Assembly: GCA_002104945.1 (NCBI GenBank) | Contig: MCFH01000017.1 | Location: 1 to 64,000, forward strand | Length of the DNA stretch: 64,000 bases | From: Piromyces finnis finn | Taxonomy: Eukaryota; Fungi; Neocallimastigomycota | Reading direction: 5' to 3' | Shown: in pieces, positions 1 to 11,676 of the stretch | Position numbering within the stretch: the first letter of the stretch is position 1 | Layout of the letters: every line of letters begins with the position of its first letter | The notes under the pieces: generated by a model | Databases searched by the model: none | What the model was told of the DNA's origin: nothing | The model's input: the letters and a program-made list of their open reading frames with translations, nothing else | Translations under genes and position numbers: made by a program

Positions 1-77
1 TCGATTAGTACATATATCAACCATTTTATTTAATAAATAATATGTAATTGTATTATTATTATTATTATTAATAAAAA

Positions 78-3000
78 ATGAACTTTGAATATTACTATTT
101 TTGTCTTTATCATCAAACATTTTTGATATTCTACTAATAAAATAATGAAGTATTAACCCATTATTTTATTTTGATAATATAAAATATGATGAAAATGTAA
201 TGGATATTAGTATTGAAAATAGACAATTTATGAAAATGTTTAACAAAAACAGTTTGATAGATTATAAAAATTAGCAAAAGAAAACAATAAAGATGTAATT
301 TATTATTATTTTTGATGAAAGTTTTGTAAAATTATTAACTGAAGATAATGATGATATATTTATTGAGAAGTTTATTTATAACAATTATATTTATTACAAA
401 ATATATTCCTTTATTATTTATATAAATGGAATTATATATCAGCTAATGTAGTTAATTTATTTAATATTAATGGACAGATATCAATAGATAATTATATTAT
501 AATAATTTTGTATACTAATTATTTTTATTTCAATGAAGATATAAATAATTCAAATATTGAAAAATATATTGATAAAACATTATTAATAAATACAATTATT
601 AAATACCTAGGTAAAGATAAAAAAGTATTAGAATATATTGTTAATTCATATGATGAAAAAGTAGATTGTATTAATGAATTAAGAATTCCATTATATTACC
701 CGTTTACTATAATTGAACATTGACCTTCTAATCCTAACAAATTAGAAGGTCAATGTTCAATTGGAAATGATGATAAAGATAATAAAAAAGCAAACATTAT
801 TTACTCTGATAAATTATGGTTAAATGATAATAGTTTTATAAGTTGTAATAACCCAACAAAAAAATTATTGTTAAATAAATATTTTTATGATCATAGAAGG
901 GTAAATATTGGATAAATTATAAAGGAAATATTACTAGAGAATTTTATGAAGAATTTTATAAATCATGCAAACTAAACGAAATATGGTATGATAATAATGA
1001 GTTATTTAATAATAGGGTTGCTCAAGATTTTTGTATGCTTAAGAGGTTTAATAATCCTAATGTTCGATATAAAAAAAATTTTGATTTCCATAGTTATCAT
1101 GCACCTTTTCGATATTGTAGATTTATGGGTAATAAATGTGCTGAAATTCTTAATAAATATTTTACTGAGAATAATATTTCTAATGTTTTAAATGATTCAA
1201 ATTATATATTTTCTATATGTCCAGAATATTATTTCATCAAATTGTATTGTATATTTATTAAATTAAGCGTTTTAGGTTTATTATTATATAAAAAAGCATC
1301 TTTAGTTATTATTACTTTTCTTGCTAAATTAATTGAAGAAGATGATAATATTTCGTTTTTTGCTACAGGCAGCTCGATTAATTTTTCAAATTCTATTGTT
1401 GAATCAGTGATTGATTATAATCATTTTGATATTAATAAAGATTTTACCAAAAACGTAGCGAAATGTGCAGGATGCAGTGTTGTTTGTAATACATTTATTT
1501 CAAGTACCTTAAAAAATCAATATTCCATTACTACATCGAAAAGAATTTCAGTTACACATTCTACAGGAGATGTTACAAGTAATTCTAATAGCTTAACAGA
1601 TGAAATCTCTTATACCATTGAAGTAGCTAAATCCTTAACAAAGAGCAATAGTTTTAGTGGTTCTAATAGTGAATTAGGTACAAATACTTTGGAAATTGCG
1701 ATTGCTATGGCACAATCAAGTTCCAATGCAGTTTCTGATGAAGGAAGTTCTTCACATAACGAAGAGTATTCCGAAAGCAACATTCACTCTATATCAAAAG
1801 AAGATAATCATACAGTAACTAATACCGAAGGAGAAACTAATGAATCTAATTGGAATGTGTATCAAGAGCATTCAGGTAAGAGAGAGCATAGTCAATTGGA
1901 TAAATCCGATTATGATTATTACAATAATCAGTATGAAGAAGTTAAAAAAAATAGATTATATTGATAAAGATAGTGAATATGAAAATAAGAAGAATAAAAG
2001 GCAAGCATATGTTAGTTTGAACAATTCCTTTGCCATGCGAAATGTTAATAAAATCAGAAGTAAAAGTAAAAAGAAAGATTTTCATCCCAAGAAGTTAACA
2101 ATCCTCTCAGAAATGATCAATCTACAACTACAAGTGTTCAATTAGAAAAGCGTATTTTACCAGCACTTTTACCAATTGCTATGGTTAGAGGTGAATTTAT
2201 TGCAAAAGCAGAGCCAAAAATAGCACCTAAATTAACTAATTTTATTGCCAATAGCAGTGTAGGTAAATATGTAGGAAAATTATTTGGAAAAGGAGATTCC
2301 AAAGGAAGCAGTGGAGGAGGAGGTAATAATGGTTTATATTCCAAAATCACCAGAAGTATCGATTCGTATTATAATGGAGTTCAAGGAAATGCAGCAGTTG
2401 ATACTAACAATATTGCAAGAGATTCAAACACCATTGCAAAAGATGCTAATAACATTTCAAGACAATCTATGTTGAATGAGCATGCAGATGCTGAAAAGAC
2501 ATATAACCAAACAGAATTATGGGGACCAAAAGAATTATGATCAAATGGAGCATTGGAATCAAATGAACTATAATCAGACAGAGACTTGGAATAACTTAAA
2601 TTATCAACAAACTGAAACATGGAATGATAAAAACTATCAGCAGACGGAATATTGGAATGCCAGAAATTATGAGCAAACTGAAAAATGGAATTGGAAAGCT
2701 TTTAATCAAATTGAATATTGGAATGAAAGAAATGAGTATAAACAATATAAATTAGTAAATTTTAATTATGATATGCAAGAATATTTACATCAAGACAGGA
2801 AAGATCCGACCAAGTCATGGCTTTAGCTGGTACACGCTCAGTTAGTAACGCAGATGTTGAAGGATCCTCTGAAGGCAGCTCAGTAATTAACTCTAAAGAA
2901 ACATCAAGATATGATTCAAATTCATCCAGTGAAATGAATCAAGATCAAGTTACTAACAGTTATTCCGATTCCTATAGTTGAAGATGTAAAGGAAAATATA

Positions 3001-3080
3001 GTATAACCACTGTCAAATTACCAATTCAAGTTGAAAATTATTGTCTTTTCTTACCAATATTTCAGAAAAGACAATGCTCT
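78..3080 (+). pseudogene. Disrupted gene for a large Ser/Thr-rich, probably secreted protein (beta-pore-forming-toxin-like architecture, tentative)
   Basis: ORF pieces 508-723, 1035-1964, 1840-2145, 2181-2540 and 2476-2826, plus an unlisted frame from ~2825 to 3080, join into one protein through several frameshifts and in-frame stops (e.g. TGA 721, TGA ~2978). There is a decayed hydrophobic N-terminus after ATG 78. Two Ser/Thr-rich segments (SITTSKRISVTHSTGDVTSNSNSLT... and TRSVSNADVEGSSEGSSV...) flank LEKR, an amphipathic helix, a Gly stretch and an 11-aa repeat. Family assignment is by pattern only. Confidence 0.7.
2499..2733 (+). repeat. Coding 33-bp / 11-aa tandem repeat x7, consensus NYxQTExWNxx
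   Basis: After removing one extra G at ~2522 the translation reads TYNQTELWDQK NYDQMEHWNQM NYNQTETWNNL NYQQTETWNDK NYQQTEYWNAR NYEQTEKWNWK AFNQIEYWNER. Confidence 0.9.
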
Positions 3081-3084
3081 TTCG

Positions 3085-4100
3085 CTGTTACGTACAGCGA
3101 CCTTGAAAGAGGGTCGCTCTGTGATGATTTAGAAAAGATACGTAAGGCTGAAGATGGGGGGGTTTCCGATCCCCCTCAGAATTAAAAATTCAAAGTATCA
3201 ATTTTCTAAATTTCTAAAAATATATTTTATGAACTTAGTCCTTATATTTTTCCTTTAAAGACTAACCAAGTATACGGAATACTAAGAATGTTCCTTTGTC
3301 ATATCAGTACGACGTCGGCACTCTTAATTACGTTAGGTGTCTTACTAAACTGGCAATAGCAATGGAAGCAGAGTTCCATTTCAAAGGAAAGGATCCATTC
3401 CAGATTTTATTAAAAATTGATTTAAGACAATTTCCAGCAGACTTATGTTCTTTTTCCAGTTCTTTGTTACAAAAGAAAGCTTTGAAGAATTCAATTGGGA
3501 TACCATCGGGACCTGGACCCTTATTATTCTTCATTGACAGAACTATATTCCTAATTTCCTCAATAGAAATGGGATCATTAATATCCCATGTTATTTGATT
3601 GATATGATTAAATTGGAAGGCTCTTTCCCAGTAACCCCGATTTAAGCTATGATTTGTAGCATCAGATGCAAGATTTTCGTAATGTTCAGCCCAACGTTTT
3701 AATTGTTCTTGAGGAGTAAATAAATCCTTGCCATTCTTGTCCTTAAGAGTTGAAACATGAGAGGAGGAATAACTTGGTTTGGCAAGTTTTTTAAGGCCTT
3801 TCCAACCTTGTCTAAAGCTTTTATCAATAAAATGTTTACCGATAGAAACAATACTAGCTTTATAGAGATTGGATCTGAATTTACTCTTAACCTTTTTGAT
3901 AGTATTACATAAATTTTGGTATATGGAGAACTGGTTAAGATAATTATCCATTTCAGCACAATGAAGATTTGTTTATGTGTTCTGTCATAACTTTGTTGTA
4001 TATAATATGGTTATTATATGAGGATTTAGATCCTTTTTCCCAGTTAACTCAGCCATAGTCCAATCAGTCCGCTTTGTACATGATAATTAATGTATTTAAC
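3085..4100 (-). mobile_element. Non-LTR retrotransposon (LINE) fragment, 5'-truncated and internally deleted
   Basis: ORF 3328-3951 contains RWAEHYENL, ISIEEIRNIVLSMKNNKGPGPDGIPIEFFK and FPLKWNSASI, the linker and start of a LINE ORF2 RT domain. It breaks off before the YxDD core. The same frame continues upstream with stops to ~4100. A GC-rich hairpin-forming stretch at 3082-3180 is probably the 3' UTR. Confidence 0.88.
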
Positions 4101-4580
4101 ATAATGTAGTAAATTAACAAATATCATTTAAATACAATTTGTTTAAAAGTAAAAGTTTTAGAATTAGAAACAACACTGAATAAATACTATAAACTGGAGG
4201 ATTATATACAATAAAAATAATTTGCATTTTTTTTATCTTTTTTTGCTTCTTTTTTTTATTAATTTTTTTTTCTAGTTATTTAATTGAAACAAAAACAAAA
4301 TCTTTTTCTAATTAAAATGGTTTACAAGAAAAAAAAATATTATAATAAAATATATATTTTTTCTTTTTAACTATATTAAGAATTACATAATTTTATTTTA
4401 GTAAAGCTGATAAATAAATTACCATGCATTATGATAAATTATTACTTTACTTTATTTTATTACTTTTGTATATTATTAATTATTAATTATATTGGTGTTT
4501 AGTACTTCCTTTTATTAGAACTATTATTTAGATTATTTAAAAATTAAGATTTAAAATTATTTAATTATATTTAACAACTT

Positions 4581-7519
4581 TTAATTATTATTAACAACAT
4601 TATTGTTAAATAACATTTGTTGCATATTATTGTTTTTATTTTCATTGTAGTTGTTATTATTGTTGTTGCTATAATTATAAGAATTATTATTGTTACCATT
4701 GTTAGGAACAAGGTTATTATTAATAAAATGATAATTATTATCATTATTATTATAGTTATTTGGATAATAATAATTATTATTATTATCAACATTGTTATTA
4801 TTCATATTAATCATATTATTACTATTAAGTCCATTGTTATAATATCCATTATTATAAGTCATTGTTATATCATTTCCATTATTACTATCAGGAATAAATG
4901 AAAAATTATTATTTGGAACATTGTTGTATCCATATGAGCTAAAAGCAGGATTATTCATAGTTGGTGAAAAGGAATATGAAACATTCATTGCGCCCATAGA
5001 AGATCCGAATTGATCTTGTTCAGAATATGAAGGAGGAACATCGTCAATTTTGTTCTTTGATGCGGTATTTTCAAGGTCTGCCAAATGCTTATATGACGGA
5101 CGTTCTTTATTAGCAGTAACAAGTGGTACTGTATTATGTCCGATGCTAATAGCACTTCCATTTGATAATGAATTAGCATGGCCATCTGAAATATCAGGAA
5201 TATCGTTTTTACTACTATCATTGTTATATTCAAAATTATTGTTGCTGTTACCATTATTAACCTCAGGATTATTGTTGATACTACCATTAATAAATCCAGG
5301 ATTATTATTAATGCCATCGTTAATAAATTCAGGATTAGGATTATTGTTGATATTACCATTAATAAATCCAGGATTATTATTAATGCCATCGTTAATAAAT
5401 TCAGGATTAGGATTATTGTTGATATTACCATTAATAAATCCAGGATTATTATTAATGCCATCGTTAATAAATTCAGAATTATTATTAATGTTATCATTAT
5501 TATATCCAGCAGGATTATTATTGTTGATGTTATTATTAGTAATATTTTCAAGATTACTGTTAGAATCATTGTTATTATTATTATTAGTATTGATATTATT
5601 TTCAGGCATTGGGTTGGATGATGAAATAGAATTATTATCATTGACATTCAATACTGGTGGAACAAATCGTGTTTCTTTAGTATTATATTCATTATCTTCC
5701 TTTTGATTTTTACTTTTCCAGAGGAATAAAATACAAATAATAAGAAAAATAATAATACCACCTATAATATATAATAATAAATTTCCACCTTTAGAAGGAG
5801 ATGATTTTGGCTTTTCACATTTATTAGAATAAACTGATTCTGCATCTGGATAAAATTCGCGTGGATTCTCCTTTTTAATAAGTTTTTTACATGTGCCTGG
5901 TTCATAACAAATAACATTAATATTTCTTAAATCACATTGATTCACCTGTTTGCCAAAATTTCTTATTTCGATTGATAAGTCTGGATTCCCATCAAGATCG
6001 CTAAGTTAAAATTGAAAATAAAAATTTAATCATTTAAAAAATAAATATTTCAAATTTTTAAAATGTATTAAATATATAAATGATATAAGTATGTATAAGA
6101 TATGCAAATTAAGTTGAATTTATATTTATTATTATTTAAATAAAAAAACTTACAGCTCATTTAAATTTAATTTAAATATTTCATTAGATAAACTTTTTAA
6201 CTTTGTTTGACCGATATATCTTATTTATTACAATTTAATAATTAGAAAAAGAATATATTTAGATATATACATATATTATTACAATATTTCATCATATATT
6301 TTATATTTTTTTAATATTATCATTATATTAAATAATTTTATATAGAAATATTAATAAAGGTGATTATATCTTACAATATCTCGAGATTTTTTAATTTACT
6401 AATATCATCTGGAATAGAACTTAAATTATTTATACTCATATCCCTTTATATTTTAATAAAATAGTTTGAGATACAATGTTATTATTAAGATTAAAATTGC
6501 AAAATAGTATTATCTTTTTAGCTTTTATCATAAATATACTAACAAATAATTTAAATTAGAACATTTAGTAATTGAAGAAGGAAAACCGTTAAATTCATTT
6601 TTATATAAATCTCTATAAAATAAATTTTAAAATATAAATATTAATTGTTAATATTTTTGAATTTTTTAAAACATTGGTGCTTTTTAGATAAACTATTTTA
6701 ATAGTTAATATATTATTATTTAATGATTTTTTTAATTATAATAATAATAAAAAAAAGATTGATTTATTACAATAATTCTAATGAGCATGAAGATGGGATA
6801 TCATTTGGAATAGACTTAATATTTGAATTTATAGCATGTCTATTATCAAAATAAAAATTAATAAAAGAAAATATTATTATATAATAAATTAATAAAGAAA
6901 AGGAAATAAAAGCTTTTATGTTTGTATTAATAAATATTTACAATTCTTTTAATTTTGGCATTTTAAAAAAAACAGAAGGAAGGACACCATCTTTAAATAT
7001 TTTACCTTCTAAAATTCTTTTATATTAAATAAGAATATTAAATAAACAAAATGATAAAAGAAAAAAAAAAAGTTTATTAATAATAAATACTTTTAAATAC
7101 TTTTAATAAATTTAATAAGTTTTTTTGTTTTGTTTTGTTTCAATATATTACAATTTTTCAAGATAAGGTAATTCAGGGAAAGTGCTAAAGTCAATAATTT
7201 CTGGTGAACTATTCATTCTAATTTCTCTTAAATATGAAAATCAAAAAATAGTATTTTATTTTAAAGTATTAATACTATTTATATTCAAGTAAAATGTCTT
7301 AATAAATTTAAATATTTAATATAACCCTTACATTTCTGTAACATTATTATTGTCATCACAATAGACATGATTACCCCCTTTATCTTTTGAACATTCTAAT
7401 TTTTCTCCATATTTATTAAAGAAGTTTTTTACTTTAATACAGTCTTCTGAATCAAAAATTCCTAAACCAAAAATAGATATTATATTAAGAGAAAATAAAA
7501 CGATAGAAAAAAATTTCAT
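4581..7519 (-). CDS. LRR receptor-like single-pass membrane protein, copy 1 (~673 aa, 8 exons)
   Basis: Exons read by eye: 7519-7332 (signal peptide + Cys N-cap), 7217-7152, 7016-6942, 6839-6771, 6612-6544, 6443-6375, 6219-6154 (one LRR each, e.g. DMSINNLSSIPDDISKLKNLEIL) and 6000-4581 (last LRR, C-cap CDLRNINVICYEPGTC, TM LLLYIIGGIIIFLIICILFLW, Asn-rich tail with PPSY). All introns are GT-AG and the frame is preserved throughout. Confidence 0.88.
5269..5478 (-). repeat. 72-bp coding tandem repeat (~2.9 copies; 24 aa EFINDGINNNPGFINGNINNNPNP) in the cytoplasmic tail of LRR copy 1
   Basis: Units 5269-5340, 5341-5412 and 5413-5478 are near-identical. Confidence 0.92.
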
Positions 7520-7974
7520 TTTTTTTTTTTTAACTTGACTCTAAAATATTATATTATTTTCAATGGAGTATACATTAAATGTTTGAAAATTATTTATTTG
7601 TATGTAATATTTAATTCTTAAATTAATTATTAACAACTATGTGATACTATAATATATATATTTATTTTATTTTTATAAATATATATAAATTTTTATTTTT
7701 TATTTTTTATTTTTTTTTCAATTTGTTCTTTTATATATTTTTAAAATTGTTTTTCTTTTAAAAGTAAAATAAATTAGTTTTTTTAAATTAATAAAATAAC
7801 ATTTATTATTTACTTTTTTATATTTCTATGAATATTTTTCTATTTTTTATTTTTTCAATTGTTTTTTACTTTTTTTTTTTTGTAAGTTTTTAGAAAAAAG
7901 AAGTAAAACGTTTAACTTATATTATTCTATTTTCAATTTTTTGGACTTTACAATTCAGTTTGTCCGACATTAAC

Positions 7975-8185
7975 ATTTTTGATTAAAGGACTCTTTTTAA
8001 TATATATTAATTACATTTAATATTTATACTAATATATGATTAATTATATTTACATTTGTATATACATATATATATTGCGCCACAACATGACGACTAATAT
8101 TCAATTATTAATTATTATACTCTATAAATAATATAAATATATTTTGTGCTAACTATAATTAAATCTTTTTAACAATCTATATAAT
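7975..8185 (+). repeat. ~200-bp non-coding dispersed repeat, copy A (inverted relative to 14925-15135)
   Basis: gattaaaggactctttttaatatatattaattacatttaatatttatactaat...tgcgccacaa...ttttgtgctaactataattaaa matches the reverse complement of 14925-15135 with few differences. Confidence 0.85.
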
Positions 8186-9149
8186 TCGTATATTAAAATA
8201 TAATATATATTCATTTATTCATTATTAATGATGTTACATTTAGAATTTTAATACAATAAATAAATTAAACGTTAAGTGTAACATAAACTTTTAAAGTTTA
8301 TTTGTTATTAATTTGAAAAGTTTCATTCTAATCAAAATGTATCAAGTAAACTTTATTTATTATTATTTTATAAATTATTATTTATTAAACTATTGGTAAG
8401 AAGTTAAAATGTCCAGAAAATTAAAGAAGAATATCCAAGAAAATGGATTGAAAAGAATAATAATATTTCCTTAGTAAAATGACTATCACCTATCAATTTA
8501 GTATTATGTTAAAAAAAAAATGCTTGTATTTATTTTTCTCTTTGTTTATTTGTACATTGTCTATTAGTCTATTTATCTATTTGCATCTTCGTATTCTTGT
8601 CTATTTGTTTATTTGTCTTAATAGGCATTTAAGACCAGTTTAAATATGTTATTTACTGTGAATAATGAATATATAGAGTTTATAATGTGAAAATAATGAA
8701 AATTGAAACTTTTTTTCTTTTATTTTGTGATTTATTATGTAATAACATGAATTATTTCTTGTATTTCTTCTTTTAAATAGTACACAATTAATATTATTAA
8801 TAAAATGTAAAAAAATTAAAAAAAAAAAAAAAAGTAATTGTTAATCTTTAATGAACTAAATTGTTTATGTATAAAAAAGTTTTTTTCTAATTTTTTCATT
8901 GTTTAAATAATACGTAAAGGTATTATGGTTTAGCCTTTTTTTTTTTTAATTAGAATAATAATTTATTATATTTAAATGTTTGTTAAATTTCTGGTAAATA
9001 TATTTAAAAAGTCCTTCAAAGTAAACTATTTGTAAATATTATATATGTTTAATACTTCTTCCTTTTCTTTTTCTTTTAAAAGCTAAAAAAAACAATAACA
9101 AAAAATAAAAAATAATATTATTGAATCTTTATAAGTCAATATAAATAAA

Positions 9150-10760
9150 AACAATATTTTTTATTTAATAACTTTGCTATTAAGAATAGGCTTAAAAAAA
9201 AAAAAAAAAAGGAATTATTATCTTTTTATGTTTTAAAAATTTTTGGATTGAGTGCTTATCAAGAGCTTCAAAAGTTTCTTTATGGAAGTTATTATATAAG
9301 AGATACTATTAATTGTTATCATGAAAAAGAAATAAAATATGGGGATTTAGAAAAATTACAAAAATGTGTGCATTTATAAAATTGATATGATATAATTAAG
9401 TATTAAAGAGGAAAACTTTATGATTTTTCAGAATTTCTAAAGTTAACTGAACTTAATACATTGTGAATATCATATTTTGCTCCTTTTTTTGGTATAATAT
9501 AATAAAGATTTTTGTTATGAGTTAGTGCATTTAAAAATTATTAATATATATATGGTAAAATATTAAAATGAATATTAATATTTACATTATTTTTTTTTTT
9601 ATATAATTTAATAATTTTAGGAGCTTTTATCTTGGAGAAATGGAAAGCTTTCCAGAAGAAATTTTGAAAAGTTCAAATTTGAAGGCATTGTAAATAAAAG
9701 TATAAATATTATAAACTTTATATGATTGAAAAAAAAAGCATTAATATTAAACAAATTATATAGAGATCTTTCATATAATAAAGTAGGTGAAATGACAGAT
9801 AAAACTAATGATCTTAAAAATTTAGAAGAATTACAAGTTATACCTAAAATATTACAACAAAAAAATATTTCTTTATATCATTAAATAAAAATATTTTATT
9901 TCTAAAAGTATAATATAAAAATGCATTACTTTTTTTTTTTATTAAATTATTAACTGATAGTGAAATAAAAAGTTTACTAGAAAGTATTTACAATGTGAAC
10001 TTAAAATATACGTAAGTGAATATGTCCTATTTTTAATTTTAAAAGAACAACTTTATTAAAGACTATATTTTTATTTAATATTTTGGTAAATATTAGTCAT
10101 ATGAATAAAAATAGTAATTTGAAAATAGATTTCTACAAATTTAAAAATACGATTGATGGATGTACTTTTGATATTGATATTGATTGTTATCAATATGAAA
10201 AATGTTCAGCTATTTATACAGATCCTGAAAAAAAAAAAAGAAAAAGTAAAAATGAATAAGAACTTTAGAAATGCGTTATACCAGAAGATTCATCATTTTA
10301 TTATATTTTTAGTGGTGATATTGCTTTATTATTAATTATTTGCTTATTATTATTCCTTTTAAAAAGAAGTTTAAGGATGATGACTTAAATACCAGTAATA
10401 AGGAACAAAGATTTAGTTTAAATGATATGAACAATAAGAAAACTAAAGTTTATATTTATTCAGTAGATGATTCCAAAGAAACTGAGGAAGAGACAAGAAT
10501 TCCAGTTCTATTGATGTTAGCCAAAATGAAAACTTAAATCTCAATAATTTTCTACAGGACCTATATATAATGCAAATGAAATAGCAATCTCACCAATTGA
10601 AAATATAAATAATAATAATAACAACAACAACAACAGCAACAATAACGATTTCAATAACAATTTTGAAAATAATTATAATTCTCTATAAATATACACCTCC
10701 TAATTTTGTGAATACTTCTATAACTAACAATGATGCTGGATCTATACTTTTCAATTAATG
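9150..10760 (+). pseudogene. LRR receptor-like gene, copy 2 (pseudogene)
   Basis: LRR exons are recognisable (SFYLGEMESFPEEILKSSNLKAL ~9621-9689; DLSYNKVGEMTDKTNDLKNLEEL ~9763-9831), as are a C-cap (GCTFDIDIDCYQYEKC) and a TM remnant. No in-frame ATG precedes the signal-like segment, a donor is mutated (acaagtt for gtaagtt at ~9832), there is an in-frame TAA at ~10257 and there are frameshifts near the TM. Confidence 0.78.
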
Positions 10761-11676
10761 AAAATTTAAATAATAATAATAATAATAAATGATCCATCAT
10801 TAAAGTTAATAATATGTATTCTATTTGTATTTACAAACAAATTTATAACTATTATAAATTAATATTTAATGTAATATCCTTCTTTGTGATTTGAATGTCT
10901 ATTTTTTTTTTTTTGAATTGCCATGAGGAAAACTTAAAAACTGAAAGTAATATTTCAATATTTTAAAAACCTTTTTTTTACTTTGTATAAATCAATTATA
11001 ATTAAAATTTAAAGTATTAATTTTTTTTCAATAATTTAAAAGTTAACAGTAATATAATTATTATTGATATAGAAATGCATTATATATAAAAACTAAGAGT
11101 AATATATTCTCGTTATGTTATATATCAATAATTCTTTAATCAAAAAAGTTTCTCTCTTTTTTTTTTAGTACTGGCGTTGAGCATAGAAGTAAGATCTTCT
11201 TCAATACCTAGAATATATCTATCAATATTTAGCATTATTTGTGTAACATTCTATTTAAATTAAATAATGCAACAGTAAATAAATAAATTTTTTTTTTGTA
11301 AAAAATTTAAAATCTTTTGTTATTTAATTTATCAATGTAAAAAGAGATAAAAAGTAATAACAAAACAAAAAAAAAAATAAATAAAATAAAAACAAGCAAA
11401 AAACAAGCAAAAAAATAAGCAAAAACAAAAACAAAAACAAAATAAAGCAAAATATAACTAAAATAATACAATATTAAAATAAAAATAAAAAAAAAACGAT
11501 AAACAAATAATTTTTAAAATTGTAATAATTAGTAATAGCAATAATAATAAATATTAAATGAGTATTTACTTTTACTAAAACAACAATAAAAGTGATACTT
11601 AACAAAAATATTGATATAAATTTAAAAAAATATTCAAGTAAATAAAAGTTTTTTTCTTTTTTTAAAAAAAAAAAAA

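Noticed and set aside
2499-2733. CRISPR-like array or integrated microvirus
   Set aside because: The 33-bp units are contiguous degenerate coding repeats without spacers, and no capsid or Rep gene is nearby.
3296-3959. ORFs 3296-3598 (+) and 3699-3959 (-)
   Set aside because: Shadow frames overlapping the LINE ORF2 fragment.
4571-5706. Long poly-Ile/Leu ORFs (4571-4792, 4617-4901, 4985-5647, 5050-5706; likewise 13509-13882, 14203-14529, 15521-16037, 18882-19064)
   Set aside because: They are antisense or off-frame shadows of AAT/AAC-rich Asn-coding tails of the LRR receptor genes.
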